Assembly: GCF_001194135.2 (NCBI RefSeq)
Contig: NC_068987.1
Coordinates: 62,419,882-62,458,470 of the forward strand
From: Octopus bimaculoides
Taxonomy: Eukaryota
Direction of reading: 5' to 3'
DNA length: 38,589 nt
Part shown: piece by piece, positions 23,340 through 35,556 of the stretch
How the letters are laid out: each line of letters begins with the position of its first letter
Position numbering within the stretch: the first letter of the stretch is position 1
Notes under the pieces: model-generated
What the model was told of the DNA's origin: nothing
The model's database searches: none
What the model saw: only the letters and a program-made list of their open reading frames with translations
Position numbers and translations under genes: made by a program

Positions 23340-23730
23340 GAAGCCTTCGAGAATCTAAACTCGAAATCGAAGTAGCAGAAAAAAGTCCCTGATAATTCTA
23401 TTGAATCGGTTATTTGTATGTTCTACACTTTTCATAAGAATACAAATTAAATTGGTTTTCAAATATGTGCCACGAATCCACATGTCAACAATAAGGTTCG
23501 AAATACTGTATACCGTATGAGCTGCGAAGGAACATGTGCCAACCTGCCTGCGTCTTACATATGAGAAACCGTTCGTATCGAATGAGACAGTTAACATTGA
23601 TACTGCTGTGTATTATATATTTGTGTACGTGTACGTATTAAAGAAAGCAAAACATAAAACAAAAATCATAATGTTCGGTATGTTGGCGACAGAAATTTCT
23701 GTCAAAGAAACATGGTTAAACAAAGTTGAA
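23340..23730 (+). mobile_element. Degenerate Penelope-type GIY-YIG endonuclease remnant
   Basis: 23500-23560 translates KVRNTVYRMSCEGTCANLPASYI*ET, resembling the PLE NVVY.F.C....C...SYIG.T motif. Downstream TKII...EI.VKE..LN. Confidence 0.45.
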
Positions 23731-24454
23731 CATCATCACCCTCTTTCTCTCGCATACCCATTCTTTCTCTCTCTCTTTTATTATTACCCCCACTGCCACT
23801 ATCAACACTACTACTTTTAATAGAACATCAACTCTCCTTAAATTTCTGTCTCTCTTTCTCTCTCTGTCTGTCTTCGTCACCGCCCTCCCCGTCTGTATGT
23901 CTACTATTACTCTCACCCCATCATGAGGAATAGTATGAGTGTCATTGAATAGTGAGAGAGGAGGTCTAAGTGTGACACACTGACGCACAGAAATTAGTTT
24001 TCGCATTTATTATATTAGATGAGGGCAGCAAAACAACTGATAAGTGAATCAAAAAATCTGTGGATTATTTGAGATTTCATAAGATGTAAATGATCGTTTT
24101 ATTGGATATACCATACCACATATAAAAAATTATATCATATATAAATGTCACATGAAAGTAGTCATATAATTATTTCTTTGTCTTTCGGGTTATTAGTATT
24201 TGTTTACATAGCATACTTGATAGAGTGTAGGTGTTTTCGGTTACGAGCGATTACATTTCGAGTTCGAATCTCATCGAAGTACAATTAACTTTCTGTTTTT
24301 AATCAGTTTGCATACGAAAAAGTAAGTACTGGTTAGAATTAATCGACTATCTCCTACAAATCTGTGAAGCAATATGGTCACAGTCCACTGATTAAAACCA
24401 GTTGCAGAAAGAATGAGGAAGGAAAAATGGTACACAGTCAATTGTTATCACTTT

Positions 24455-24666
24455 TACCTTTTACTTGTTTCAGTCACTAGACTGCGACTATGCTGGGGTA
24501 TCGCCTTGGAGGGTTTTAGCTGAATGAATCGACCCCAGTACTTATTTTTTTAAGCCTGGTAGTTATTCTATCGGTCTCTTATGCCAAACCATTAAGTTAT
24601 AGAGATGGAAACAAACCAACACCGGTTGTAAAGCTGTGGTGAGGGACGAACACAAATACAAAGCCA

Positions 24667-24726
<60 letters not shown>
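24455..24726 (-). mobile_element. SINE family A, 3' half plus (CA)n
   Basis: ttttacttgtttcagtcactagactgcgactatgctgggg...aatcgaccccagtactt...aagcctggtagttattctatcggtctc. Confidence 0.8.
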
Positions 24727-26231
24727 ACGTGTAAAGGCGAAAGATTTATCTGCAATGAAGTGAAGTGAAAACAGAATAAATGAATAAATAAGTAAATAAA
24801 TAAATATAACGCGTTGCTCTTATTTGTTTGACTTGGCCCATTTCTCACGAATAGGTCACCCACTATTACACGATAATCTACTGACACAATACACAACTGT
24901 TCTCTTGATATGTTCCGTCAGTTGATACAAAACTATTTAGCTGAAAATTTCTCTAAACAGACGTTTAGAAAAAAAGAAAAAGAGATTACTGCCTGACAAA
25001 AACAAAAGAACTCTGCGCTAAATTATTTACTGTATTTAGGTTTCCCCAACTCCCCAGCATCCAAATCCAAATATAACTGATGTTAAACTATTCTTTTCAA
25101 TTCTTCGATGTTCTCCGATGTTAATAGAATAAGGAGGACAGCTGGTAATTCTGTCTATAGACTTCAGCAAAACATATTAACCGCAGCTCTGTTAGAAACT
25201 AGCTGTTACCGTTTATACGCCTACGTTCACACATAAACAGAGGCATGGATATACACGCACACATGCACACGTACGCATACACACATATACATATACACAC
25301 ATACAAAGTTGATTTGAATAAAGAAAACAGCGTTTTCAAAACTTTAAAATCAGAATCCAAACCTAGAAAGTGGTTACGTTTAAAAATATCGTTAGACATA
25401 AAATGCATTTATTTGCAGGGTTTTGTGGTAAAGTAATCCATCCCCTAAAATTTATGATCCTGTTCTTCAGACGTCAAGCCTAATAGATAGGCAGAATTTA
25501 TAGAGTATCAGGAAAATTTTCCGTGATATTTAATTGCGTTCTTCTTATGTCCTCAGTTCAAATCTCTTTTCATCCTTCTGAGAGACGCGTTAACACTAGC
25601 AATAATGTAATCGAACTATGATTACAATGACAACATGGTTGTGGAGCTAAGAAATTCAATTTGTACTCACGAGATTCCAATATAGATCTCATGAGTAGGA
25701 TCCTGTGAAAGAAAAATTCAAAGGACCACCCATGTCACAGCAAAATTCAAACGATCATACTGTCATAATGAAGCAGTTTAAAAATTACGTGTTTCAAATG
25801 ATGGGAAACGCACTTGAGTGAACGATCAATATCGAATTGTCACAATCGAAACAGACAGAATTTCATTCTACTTTTCATGTTTTTTTTGTGTGTGTATATA
25901 TTTGTGCAAGTATGTGTATGTGTTGCCAATTGTCTGTATGTCAACAGGTCCATGTGTGCCTGAGTGTAATGTTATTGCTAATGATTAAACGCTAAATTTT
26001 AAATAATTGTCAAATATTAAGAAATAGTTTCTTAACATACACAGAATAAATGTTATATGTATATGTGTGTGTGCGAGTACACACACACACACATACACAC
26101 ACATATATATTCACACACACAATATATATATATATATGTATGTGTGTTTTTTCACTGTGTACAAATAACACGGAAAAAAAATAGTTACCAGGGTAGCAAA
26201 AAATTCACATAAGTACCAAGGCTGTTACAAC

Positions 26232-27510
26232 CTACCTATAAAGGTAGAAAGTAATAGCCTTTGAATGATTCCTGAAAGAGCTAATATATTTTAAATTAGT
26301 TGAAGGTTTATGGTATGGGAAATATGAATCATTATATAAGTTAAGGGTAAGATCCAAAAAGTTGGCTTTAGTTATATCATCGTCGAAAAGCCCATGTTTC
26401 GGAAAATTTAACCTACTTGTTGTTAACCCTTTGTAATTTTTGATTAGAAACATTTTGAGGGTAGAGTAAAAAATCGTCACGATAAAGACCTTCGTTGATG
26501 TTTGGGAATTGGTCAGCCATATCATAAAGGATATATATACCGACCAAACCAGCAATTTGTGCTGAATCAGAACTTTCCATCGTGACCCACAGCTTGTTTT
26601 CAAATTTAATGATTGATTTTTCTGGCGGCTAACAACATTAATTTCATCCCTGGTGAGACCTGCTTTGTTGTGTGCGAACCAGAGTGCTTTGTTGAGTTCA
26701 GTTGGGTTAATAGAGAATTAGTAACTAGAAATGTCGAACTGGATAAACTTAGTGCACTTCGTGTTATTAATAGACTTAAACCAGTCGACCACTTCGAAAG
26801 AATTAGACCATAAATTAAGCTTTAATTTTTTAACTAAAGTAGGAATATATTTATCTAGAATATTTTTGCTAAGTACACCGAAATCAGAGCTAGAAGAATG
26901 AATAAGTCGTAAGGTTGGGTGAATAAAAAAATTTGGTTTGTGATCTTTTAAAATAAAATGAGGTTGTTTGGGATCAAGAGGTTCGGTCTTCATCTGTAAA
27001 TCATATTTCTCCATAATTTTCTTAACCTCAAGTTTGGCTTTCTTGATTGCACTTTACCAGTAATCCTACAATTCTTTTGTATTTCTTTTCTAAGGAATTT
27101 TAGGTAGCAATCCTTGGTAAGTCTGTATAAGTTTCCTGTTTTGTCAGATTGAACCAGTATCCCATCGGCGTTATGGATTTCTTTGGTTATATTGTGAAGA
27201 TACCTCAGATGTTTATTCCTTAAGGGTGTAATGTGAAATTTCACATTCTTCACGATAGACCAGAGATCGTCTTGAAACTGTTTCAATCTTGGACTAGCTG
27301 GAGGATTGTTTTTAGATTTTAACAATTTCTTGAATTCAAAAGTTAGATCATTAGAGGGTTGTTTTATGTCTTTGTTGTCGAAGAAGAAAGCAAGACATCT
27401 AATATGGTTAATAAAGGAGTTTGTTTTACTAATGAGTTTCTTAAGGAAAACCTTTTTTTGGGTGATGGGTATATCCTTAAGAGAGGCGTTTATCTCAAAT
27501 AACTCCATAT
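26232..27510 (-). mobile_element. Penelope-like element ORF remnant (N-terminus through RT and thumb; endonuclease absent)
   Basis: Motifs SLKDIPI..KKLISKTNSFINHIRCLAFFF; ILKDHKPNF..RLI..S.FGVLSKNILD; FIQFDI; VTMESSDSAQIAGLVGIYIL; GLYRDD (26473-26490); NFLDLTLNL..PYHKP..YI..NH. Stops, frameshifts and an internal deletion. Confidence 0.9.
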
Positions 27511-27825
27511 GTGGTAACTGTTTTATTTGTAGGGTATATGGAAATCTGGTTGAAGTGTATATAAATGTATATAAATAACATAGAAATTAGAGATGAATGT
27601 AAACATTTCTATTTTACATATAATTATTAGATATTTTCCCAGTCTAAAAAGACAAAAAAGTTGTTTTTTTTTTATTTAGAAATGAAAAAGTGAGAATAAT
27701 TCGGTTCTTTCCAGAAAGTTTCGGTTTAAACGTTGGGTGGTTCGTATATAACTGTGTGTCAAGTGAGAGAAGGGAGAAGAGAAAGACAGAGTGATATAGG
27801 GAAAGGGATCTCTTCGTCCCCTCAC

Positions 27826-27910
27826 TGCCATGTATTTCTCCATATCTTTTCTTGATTTGAACAGTAACACCTTTCTACCTTCATGACGCAGAGACGAACG
27901 GCCACATTTA
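27826..27910 (-). CDS. Candidate internal exon of an unidentified host gene (NVAVRLCVMKVERCYCSNQEKIWRNTW-)
   Basis: ttataacAG| ... |GTGAGG. 85 bp, GC-richer than the flanks, two open frames. One frame ends CA and joins in frame to the G of 20384. Confidence 0.3.
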
Positions 27911-29879
27911 CTGTTATAAGTTGTTGTATAGGAAAATGGATCACGATAGATTGTGAGCTCACTAGAGTGTGAGAGCAAGTGCATAGTGAACTATAGGGAT
28001 GAATCATTAGAAAGAGAAGATCAGCTGCAGAGAAGAGATATGATCGAAAGAGAATGTATTTAGCTTTTACATCAAAGAAGAAGAGTCCAAAGCAATCGAA
28101 AAATATGAATGAAAAAGAACGTGGTCAATATGAATGAAAGATAAAGAAGAAAATTTGACAATATGTAACAGAATCGACAATATAATCAATTATACAACAC
28201 AATTAATTCACACGACAAGTGACTGACAAAGTACGATACTAAATCGGAAACAGAAGCAACATTTGAAAAATATTTAAAATTAAGTGCGATACATAAGATA
28301 TTCTGCTAGTGCACGTATGTATGGAACGAAATCGTAGACATAATCTATTACATGCACAACTCGTAGTGTTTGTAAGACAGTTGACCGTTAAACTAAGGAA
28401 ACGGAAAACATAATTTGCTAATGGACATAACATTTATATATTACACAGTTAACTAATAAACCGTAGAATGAATTCAAAGATAATCGATTATATTATTTAT
28501 ATTATTCCTAAGACATTTGACAGGGAAATATATATCTTTAAGTATATAAAAGTATANNNNNNNNNNNNNNNNNNNNNNNNNNNNNNNNNNNNNNNNNNNN
28601 NNNNNNNNNNNNNNNNNNNNNNNNNNNNNNNNNNNNNNNNNNNNNNNNNNNNNNNNNNNNNNNNNNNNNNNNNNNNNNNNNNNNNNNNNNNNNNNNNNNN
28701 NNNNNNNNNNNNNNNNNNNNNNNNNNNNNNNNNNNNNNNNNNNNNNNNNNNNNNNNNNNNNNNNNNNNNNNNNNNNNNNNNNNNNNNNNNNNNNNNNNNN
28801 NNNNNNNNNNNNNNNNNNNNNNNNNNNNNNNNNNNNNNNNNNNNNNNNNNNNNNNNNNNNNNNNNNNNNNNNNNNNNNNNNNNNNNNNNNNNNNNNNNNN
28901 NNNNNNNNNNNNNNNNNNNNNNNNNNNNNNNNNNNNNNNNNNNNNNNNNNNNNNNNNNNNNNNNNNNNNNNNNNNNNNNNNNNNNNNNNNNNNNNNNNNN
29001 NNNNNNNNNNNNNNNNNNNNNNNNNNNNNNNNNNNNNNNNNNNNNNNNNNNNNNNNNNNNNNNNNNNNNNNNNNNNNNNNNNNNNNNNNNNNNNNNNNNN
29101 NNNNNNNNNNNNNNNNNNNNNNNNNNNNNNNNNNNNNNNNNNNNNNNNNNNNNNNNNNNNNNNNNNNNNNNNNNNNNNNNNNNNNNNNNNNNNNNNNNNN
29201 NNNNNNNNNNNNNNNNNNNNNNNNNNNNNNNNNNNNNNNNNNNNNNNNNNNNNNNNNNNNNNNNNNNNNNNNNNNNNNNNNNNNNNNNNNNNNNNNNNNN
29301 NNNNNNNNNNNNNNNNNNNNNNNNNNNNATATATACACAAATGATATATGAGCATATGCATGTATACATACATATATGTACATACCTACATCTACATGTA
29401 TATATAGATGCATATCCGGGTACAGGACGTCAAAAAAGGAACGGAAACATAAACAAAGCACAAAAAACGAACTTTTTTACGGACAACAGAATGAACTCAG
29501 GAAAACAGACGAGCCATTTATGGAACTTTTCCTTCATCAGCTGCCTCTATTTTAAACTAAGCGTTTCGAAGATGAGGCAGAACGCGCTCTTAGAATAGCT
29601 CTTCCCGCGAAGTGGATTTACCTGCTAAGCAGAGGGTTCCAAAGAAACAAAAACCAAGACAGGAAAAATTGAACAGTGAAAACAACATTAAGGGCCGTTA
29701 GGTCGAACGCGATGAGACATTGAATGCTGTGATGTGACGAAGCTGAACGGAGAGAGACAGTAGTTTCGTCTTGCCTTTATGCTGGCTGAAGGGAGAAAAG
29801 AAGAGGTGACCACAGGTAACATGTGATCAACGAGGAGTGGTAGAGAGAGGAAAAGGGAGGAAGTGGAACAAAGGTGAGC

Positions 29880-29975
29880 GACGAGAGACAGGGAGGAAGA
29901 GGAGGCAGGCAGGAAGAGGAGACATGGAGGTAGAGGAGACAGGGAGGAAGAGGAGACAAGGAGGAAATTGCTAGC
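29880..29975. repeat. Purine-rich imperfect tandem repeat (~18-nt unit gagacagggaggaagagg)
   Basis: Directly visible; about 4-5 degenerate units. Confidence 0.75.
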
Positions 29976-31874
29976 CCTGTGCCAAAACTTGAAACCAACA
30001 CACACACTTACATACACACGCGCGCGCGCACGCACACACACACACAAACACACACTCACAAATACACATATACACAAACACATACATACACGTTATTACT
30101 TATAGCTGTATCTGTTTCATGCTAAATCATTCCAAAAGTAAATTATATATATATTTATATACATATATATATATATATGCATACATACATACATACATAC
30201 ATACATACATACATACATACATACAAACATACATACATGCATGCATACATAGATACATGTTCTTCATTATAGATAAACAATTAGGCAAACGTAAATTTAT
30301 AGACAATTGTTCAGTGGATCACACAGAGACTGCCATTGATAAATTATTTGCTTACTGATATCCTTTTAGCATTGTTATAGAAATAGTTACTCGTTTATAC
30401 GACAAAAAACCTTTTGGAGACCTCCCGTAATTTGACGATCTGCATCGATTTTCTTTAATATTTATATGTTCTCTGTTAAATGTAAAAGCCTACATATGTA
30501 TAAAAGACATTCACAAAAGACGAAATGGAAATGATGTGGGATATTGAAATATCTTAACTAAGGACACAATTAGAAACGCCGACCTTTCGTTTGGTTGTTT
30601 AGTAGAATTTTTAAAATAGACCTTCGAAGTAATTCAATTAGCAATCAAATTGACTTTGGCTGACCGTACTCAAAGGAGAAAAGCAATTGAAAAATCACTT
30701 AGGGTCAAACACTTTCCCATTTCAGTAATTTTAAATTTGCTCTGATTAAATTAAATGAATTAGATAAATTAATTTTTGATGCTACTTGCGAATACAGCTA
30801 GTATTTTCGTTAAAATGTCTCACACTTTTAAAAAATTGTATTTCCTTCTCTTATCGTTATTTCGGAGAAGGAGTGTGAGAAAGTGCCTATAACTACCACG
30901 ATGTCTGAAATATTAAGACATTGCGTCTCATTATCTTGAAATTGTTTACAATTCTTTTTATAGTTTTGAAACATGTTTATGTGATTCTACTACCATAATA
31001 GTGCAGAGGTGTAATGAGTCAGCCGTTACGTATTGTCGCTGATAAATTTTGAGAGGTAACCCAGGCATTGCCATTTAACTATTTCTATCATTGTTGTTCA
31101 CTATTTTTGTATATAAGGTAAATGTTTAAGAATAAGTTAAGGCTCAATAACGATATATATGCTGTAAGGAATGTACACTTTATTCAATTCAAAGCTAATA
31201 GTTAAAAACATACGAGATGATTCTGAAAGCTTTAACATTCTTATCATCAACCAAATAGCTCCCTATTTGGTTGATGATGTTTGACTATATTTGCAAGCTT
31301 TCATATCCGTTAAAAAAAGTTTGTTTCAGAGCTGAGGAAATGAAATGGCAGACGTTTAAAGAGAAATTTCACTACTTCAAACATGGTCAGTTGTACCTCC
31401 ATACGATTGCTATTTGAAATTAGATATTAACTTATTCCATCTCACGAACTTCACTATATATTTTTGACCAAATTAAACCTGCATTAGCCACTTCAAATTC
31501 TGATGGAAGGGGTTACGTATAGGTAGTTAAATGCTTTCTTCGGAGACATATTGCAGTGATGGGTTACGTATTACTACGGATTGTTGATTCTTCAAGTAGT
31601 AATCCTGTATCAGAAATTGTTGTAATTCTCCATTTATAAATATTGGTGATAGTATATAATAAACAGCAGTATCTTCGTTCATGTTAAGCTGAAAATATTC
31701 TCTTATTGAGTTTTCTACACACTTTCGGTAAAAAAGAGTCCAATTTATTCGCAATTATTATGCTTTATAGAGGTTTCAGTGAGAATGTATCGTAAAATAC
31801 TGTTAAAACGCAGAATAGAATATAACCAAATTTCCAGGATCATGAACGTATTTAATATCCAACAAATCCATATT

Positions 31875-31877
<3 letters not shown>

Positions 31878-31960
<83 letters not shown>
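31878..31960. repeat. (CT)n microsatellite
   Basis: Directly visible. Confidence 0.95.
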
Positions 31961-31963
<3 letters not shown>

Positions 31964-32721
31964 TTTGTATATATATCTGTGTGTGCGTGTGTTTGTATAC
32001 TGATTCAGTATTGTTGTGTTTTGAGCTTGTTTTTCTTTTTGGGGGGAATTTACTATAATATAATATAATATATATATATATACTTTAATTTTTTTTTTCT
32101 TTAGTGAATCAAACTAGGCTGAATAAATTTAACTCTGTGTTCACATAAAGTTTTATAAGTGTGATAGAACGATGCTTCAACTTGCAATCTGTTTCATAAT
32201 TACATCAAGTAATAGACATAGGAAGTAGTCTTAACCACATAAAATTAATAGCTTCTACAAATTAGCTTCGCCAGTTTGAATCATTACTCATAAATATATG
32301 TTTATTAATTAAACATTCTAACTGTATTTGAAAAACAAATTTATATTCTGCAAGGGGTCGTTTCCTTAATATCATATTAGAAACACATAATCTAATTGTT
32401 GACAATGTTCCGATTTCATTTCTAGTTATCCATCTCACTAATGTACTTATTTACATTGTCTGAATCAGTATGTAATCAGGGCCTTTAATAGATTTATTTT
32501 GCTTTCACCAGGAAACAAAATGTACAGTTCTTTTACGATGAGAAATTTCTGATATAGCTCTTATTTAAATGATGTACTGCTGATTGGTAATTTATTTGTA
32601 AATATTTCTCATTCTGATTAATGGAGAAATTTTTCAACTTATATTAATGTTTTGTTGTGCATTTTCAAACTTTTTAATGTGAGGCAGAGGCAGAAATCTG
32701 TAAATTTTTTTCCTACTCGTC

Positions 32722-32897
32722 GCGGAACTATGGTCGAATGGTTAAGACGTTTGTATTACAAACATGAGGTCAAGATTCGATAGTAAATGCTATAATAGTA
32801 AATGACGAGCAAATGTCATTTACTATAGCTTCAGTTTGCCCATACCTTCTGAGTGAAACTGGGTAGATGGAAACTAAATACGAGTCAGTCGAGTGTA
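32722..32897 (+). mobile_element. Old SINE family A-related 5' half
   Basis: A-box-like tggtcgaatgg, B-box-like gattcgatag, then tactatagc..ttctgagtg..ggtagatggaaact matching the family A body. Confidence 0.6.
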
Positions 32898-32903
32898 ACT
32901 TTA

Positions 32904-33653
32904 ACTCTGCTATGCATGCACACTAAGTTTTACCGTTCTAGGTCGCTTTCGCTGTTTATACCAGTGCTTGGAAGGAAGGTGTGTAGCGTGTCATCGTCGC
33001 ATTAACCACGGCAGAGAAAGTTGTCATGCCGAAACCTGTTCAGAGGCCTACGCAAAGCTGCAAAAAGTGAATGGAGAGGAGCGTATGAGCTGCACACAAG
33101 TGTACTAGTGGTTCAGATGTTTCCAAGATGGCCGAAAAAATGTTGACATTGACGAAATGTTATGGGAGGCCCGCAAACAGCAGAACTGAGATAAACATTG
33201 CAGATGTGCATGCAGATGTGAGGGGAAATCACCGAATTACCATCCGTGACTTATCAGAGGATGTGCAGATTAGTTGCGGTTCAGTTTAATCCATTATCAG
33301 TGACGATTTGGGTATGAAACGCGTGTCTGCCAAGTTTGTGCCAAAACTGCTTTCAGCTGACTAAAAAGACATTCGGATTTCAGTTGCACAAGATCTCCTT
33401 GATTGTATCGAGAACGATGAAAACTTCGTGAAAACTTTACGTAGGCCTCTGAGCAGGTATCGGCAAGCTATTGGCACAATTTGATGCAGACTCTCAGCTC
33501 AACTTTCCCTGTAATGGTTAATGCGACGATCACACGCTACAGACCTTCCCTCCAAACCCTTCTTTAAACAGCAGAAGTGAGGTAAAACATTAAAACTTAA
33601 TGCGCATGCATAGCAGTGTTCAAGGTCAATCTGTCCCAGGCGGCTTTACTCTG
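32904..33653 (+). mobile_element. Internally deleted mariner derivative with 106-bp imperfect inverted repeats
   Basis: 32904-33009 vs reverse complement of 33514-33619 align ungapped at 86/106. The interior encodes mariner HTH remnants (AKLQKV.GEE.MS..QVY.WF..F.DG, ITIRDLSEDV, DDLGMKRVSAKFVPKLL). Right end is followed by TA (33654-33655). Confidence 0.85.
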
Positions 33654-33709
33654 TATACCTTAACTTCGTTATTATGGTAACAGTCCGAATACTTGTTGAT
33701 CAGACTACG

Positions 33710-33788
<79 letters not shown>

Positions 33789-34290
33789 NNNNNNNNNNNN
33801 NNNNNNNNNNNNNNNNNNNNNNNNNNNNNNNNNNNNNNNNNNNNNNNNNNNNNNNNNNNNNNNNNNNNNNNNNNNNNNNNNNNNNNNNNNNNNNNNNNNN
33901 NNNNNNNNNNNNNNNNNNNNNNNNNNNNNNNNNNNNNNNNNNNNNNNNNNNNNNNNNNNNNNNNNNNNNNNNNNNNNNNNNNNNNNNNNNNNNNNNNNNN
34001 NNNNNNNNNNNNNNNNNNNNNNNNNNNNNNNNNNNNNNNNNNNNNNNNNNNNNNNNNNNNNNNNNNNNNNNNNNNNNNNNNNNNNNNNNNNNNNNNNNNN
34101 NNNNNNNNNNNNNNNNNNNNNNNNNNNNNNNNNNNNNNNNNNNNNNNNNNNNNNNNNNNNNNNNNNNNNNNNNNNNNNNNNNNNNNNNNNNNNNNNNNNN
34201 NNNNNNNNNNNNNNNNNNNNNNNNNNNNNNNNNNNNNNNNNNNNNNNNNNNNNNNNNNNNNNNNNNNNNNNNNNNNNNNNNNNNNNNNNN

Positions 34291-34389
34291 AAGAAGAAGA
34301 AGAAGAAGAAGAAGAAGAAGAAGAAGAAGAAGAAGAAGAAGAAGAAGAAGAAGAAGAAGAAGAAGAAGAAGAAGAAGAAGAAGAAGAAG
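34291..34389. repeat. (AAG)n microsatellite next to a gap
   Basis: Directly visible. Confidence 0.95.
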
Positions 34390-35110
34390 ACATTGAAAAA
34401 GAAGTAGTTACTATAGGTTTTACTCAGTTTTTAAAAGTGCACCGTATTTCAGCCATTTCAAACCATACTCAGATTTCAAGTTTATGATACATACTCTAAT
34501 ATTATGCTAACAACACGAAAACAAACAAAAATAACAATACTAATAATAATAAAAACAAGTTTTACCTAGGGAGATGATAAAGGAAGGAAAATGTGAGGAA
34601 TGTTTGAAGTATAAATGGAACGAAGGAAACTGAAGTTATATTTTTCCTTTATGAAAATGTTTATTGGGAGTAGTCAGTATAATTTGCATTACAAGTATTT
34701 TAGGTTTTTATTAAATTTAGTTTATAAACCATATTCGTCTCATCTCTTGACTTTACTGTTACATAAATGAATATAGATGAAATGCATATATCGTTCTAAC
34801 CTATTAACATTATTCCCTGTTACAGTTATCTCACTTGAAAACCAATTGAAAATGAAATTCAAGAGATATCAGTTTGACTCCACATATCTGACTTTCTATA
34901 TTCCATTTATCCTTCTTTAAACAGACTTAATGCCTGTCGTCATTTCTTAGTCACTTCTTTCTACCACTTTTGTTCTTTTTGATTTTGATGAACTTCATGC
35001 ACGAAACTTTTATGACTCTTGAACCACTTGCACAAATTTGCAGTGGATTAAATACAAACACATGCACACATAAAGGCGCACGCACACTCGCACACACACA
35101 CACGCACACA

Positions 35111-35205
35111 CAGGCGCAGGTGTGGTTTGGCTTTGAGGTAAGAAGTTTGCTTCTCAACCGCATGGTTCCTGATTCAGTTCCATTGTGTAGCAGCTTGGGC
35201 AGGCA
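35111..35205 (+). mobile_element. SINE family A head fragment
   Basis: caggcgcaggtgtgg...ggtaagaagtttgcttctcaaccgcatggttcctgattcagttcc...cttgggcagg. Confidence 0.75.
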
Positions 35206-35215
35206 GTACTTCACA

Positions 35216-35440
35216 TTACTCTTTTTTACTCTTTTTACTCTTTGTACTTGTTTCAGTCATTTGACTGCGGCCATGCTGGAGCACCGCCTTTAGTCGAGCA
35301 AATCGATCCCAGGAATTATTCTTTGACAGCCTAGTACTTATTCTATCGGTCTCTTTTGCCGAACCACTAAGTTACGGGGACGTAAACACACCGCCATCGG
35401 TTGTCAAGCGATGGTGGTGGGACAAACACAGACACACAAA

Positions 35441-35488
<48 letters not shown>

Positions 35489-35556
35489 CGACAGGCTTCT
35501 TTCAGTTTCCGTCTACCAAATCCACTCACAAGGCTTTGGTCAGCCCGAGGCTATAG
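35216..35556 (-). mobile_element. SINE family A copy, little diverged, running into a gap
   Basis: cagtcatttgactgcggccatgctggagcaccgcc...gtacttattctatcggtctcttttgccgaacc...ccgtctaccaaatccactcacaaggctttggtc, with tail of (tttttactc) repeats. Confidence 0.9.

Noticed and set aside
26232-27510. Selenocysteine recoding in this PLE copy
   Set aside because: The stop next to FDI is TAA and the copy is frameshifted; I saw no conserved-position UGA or SECIS. Only a consensus could test this.
29880-29975. Regularly spaced ~18-nt repeats as a CRISPR-like array
   Set aside because: No unique spacers; simple purine-rich tandem repeat in a eukaryotic context.
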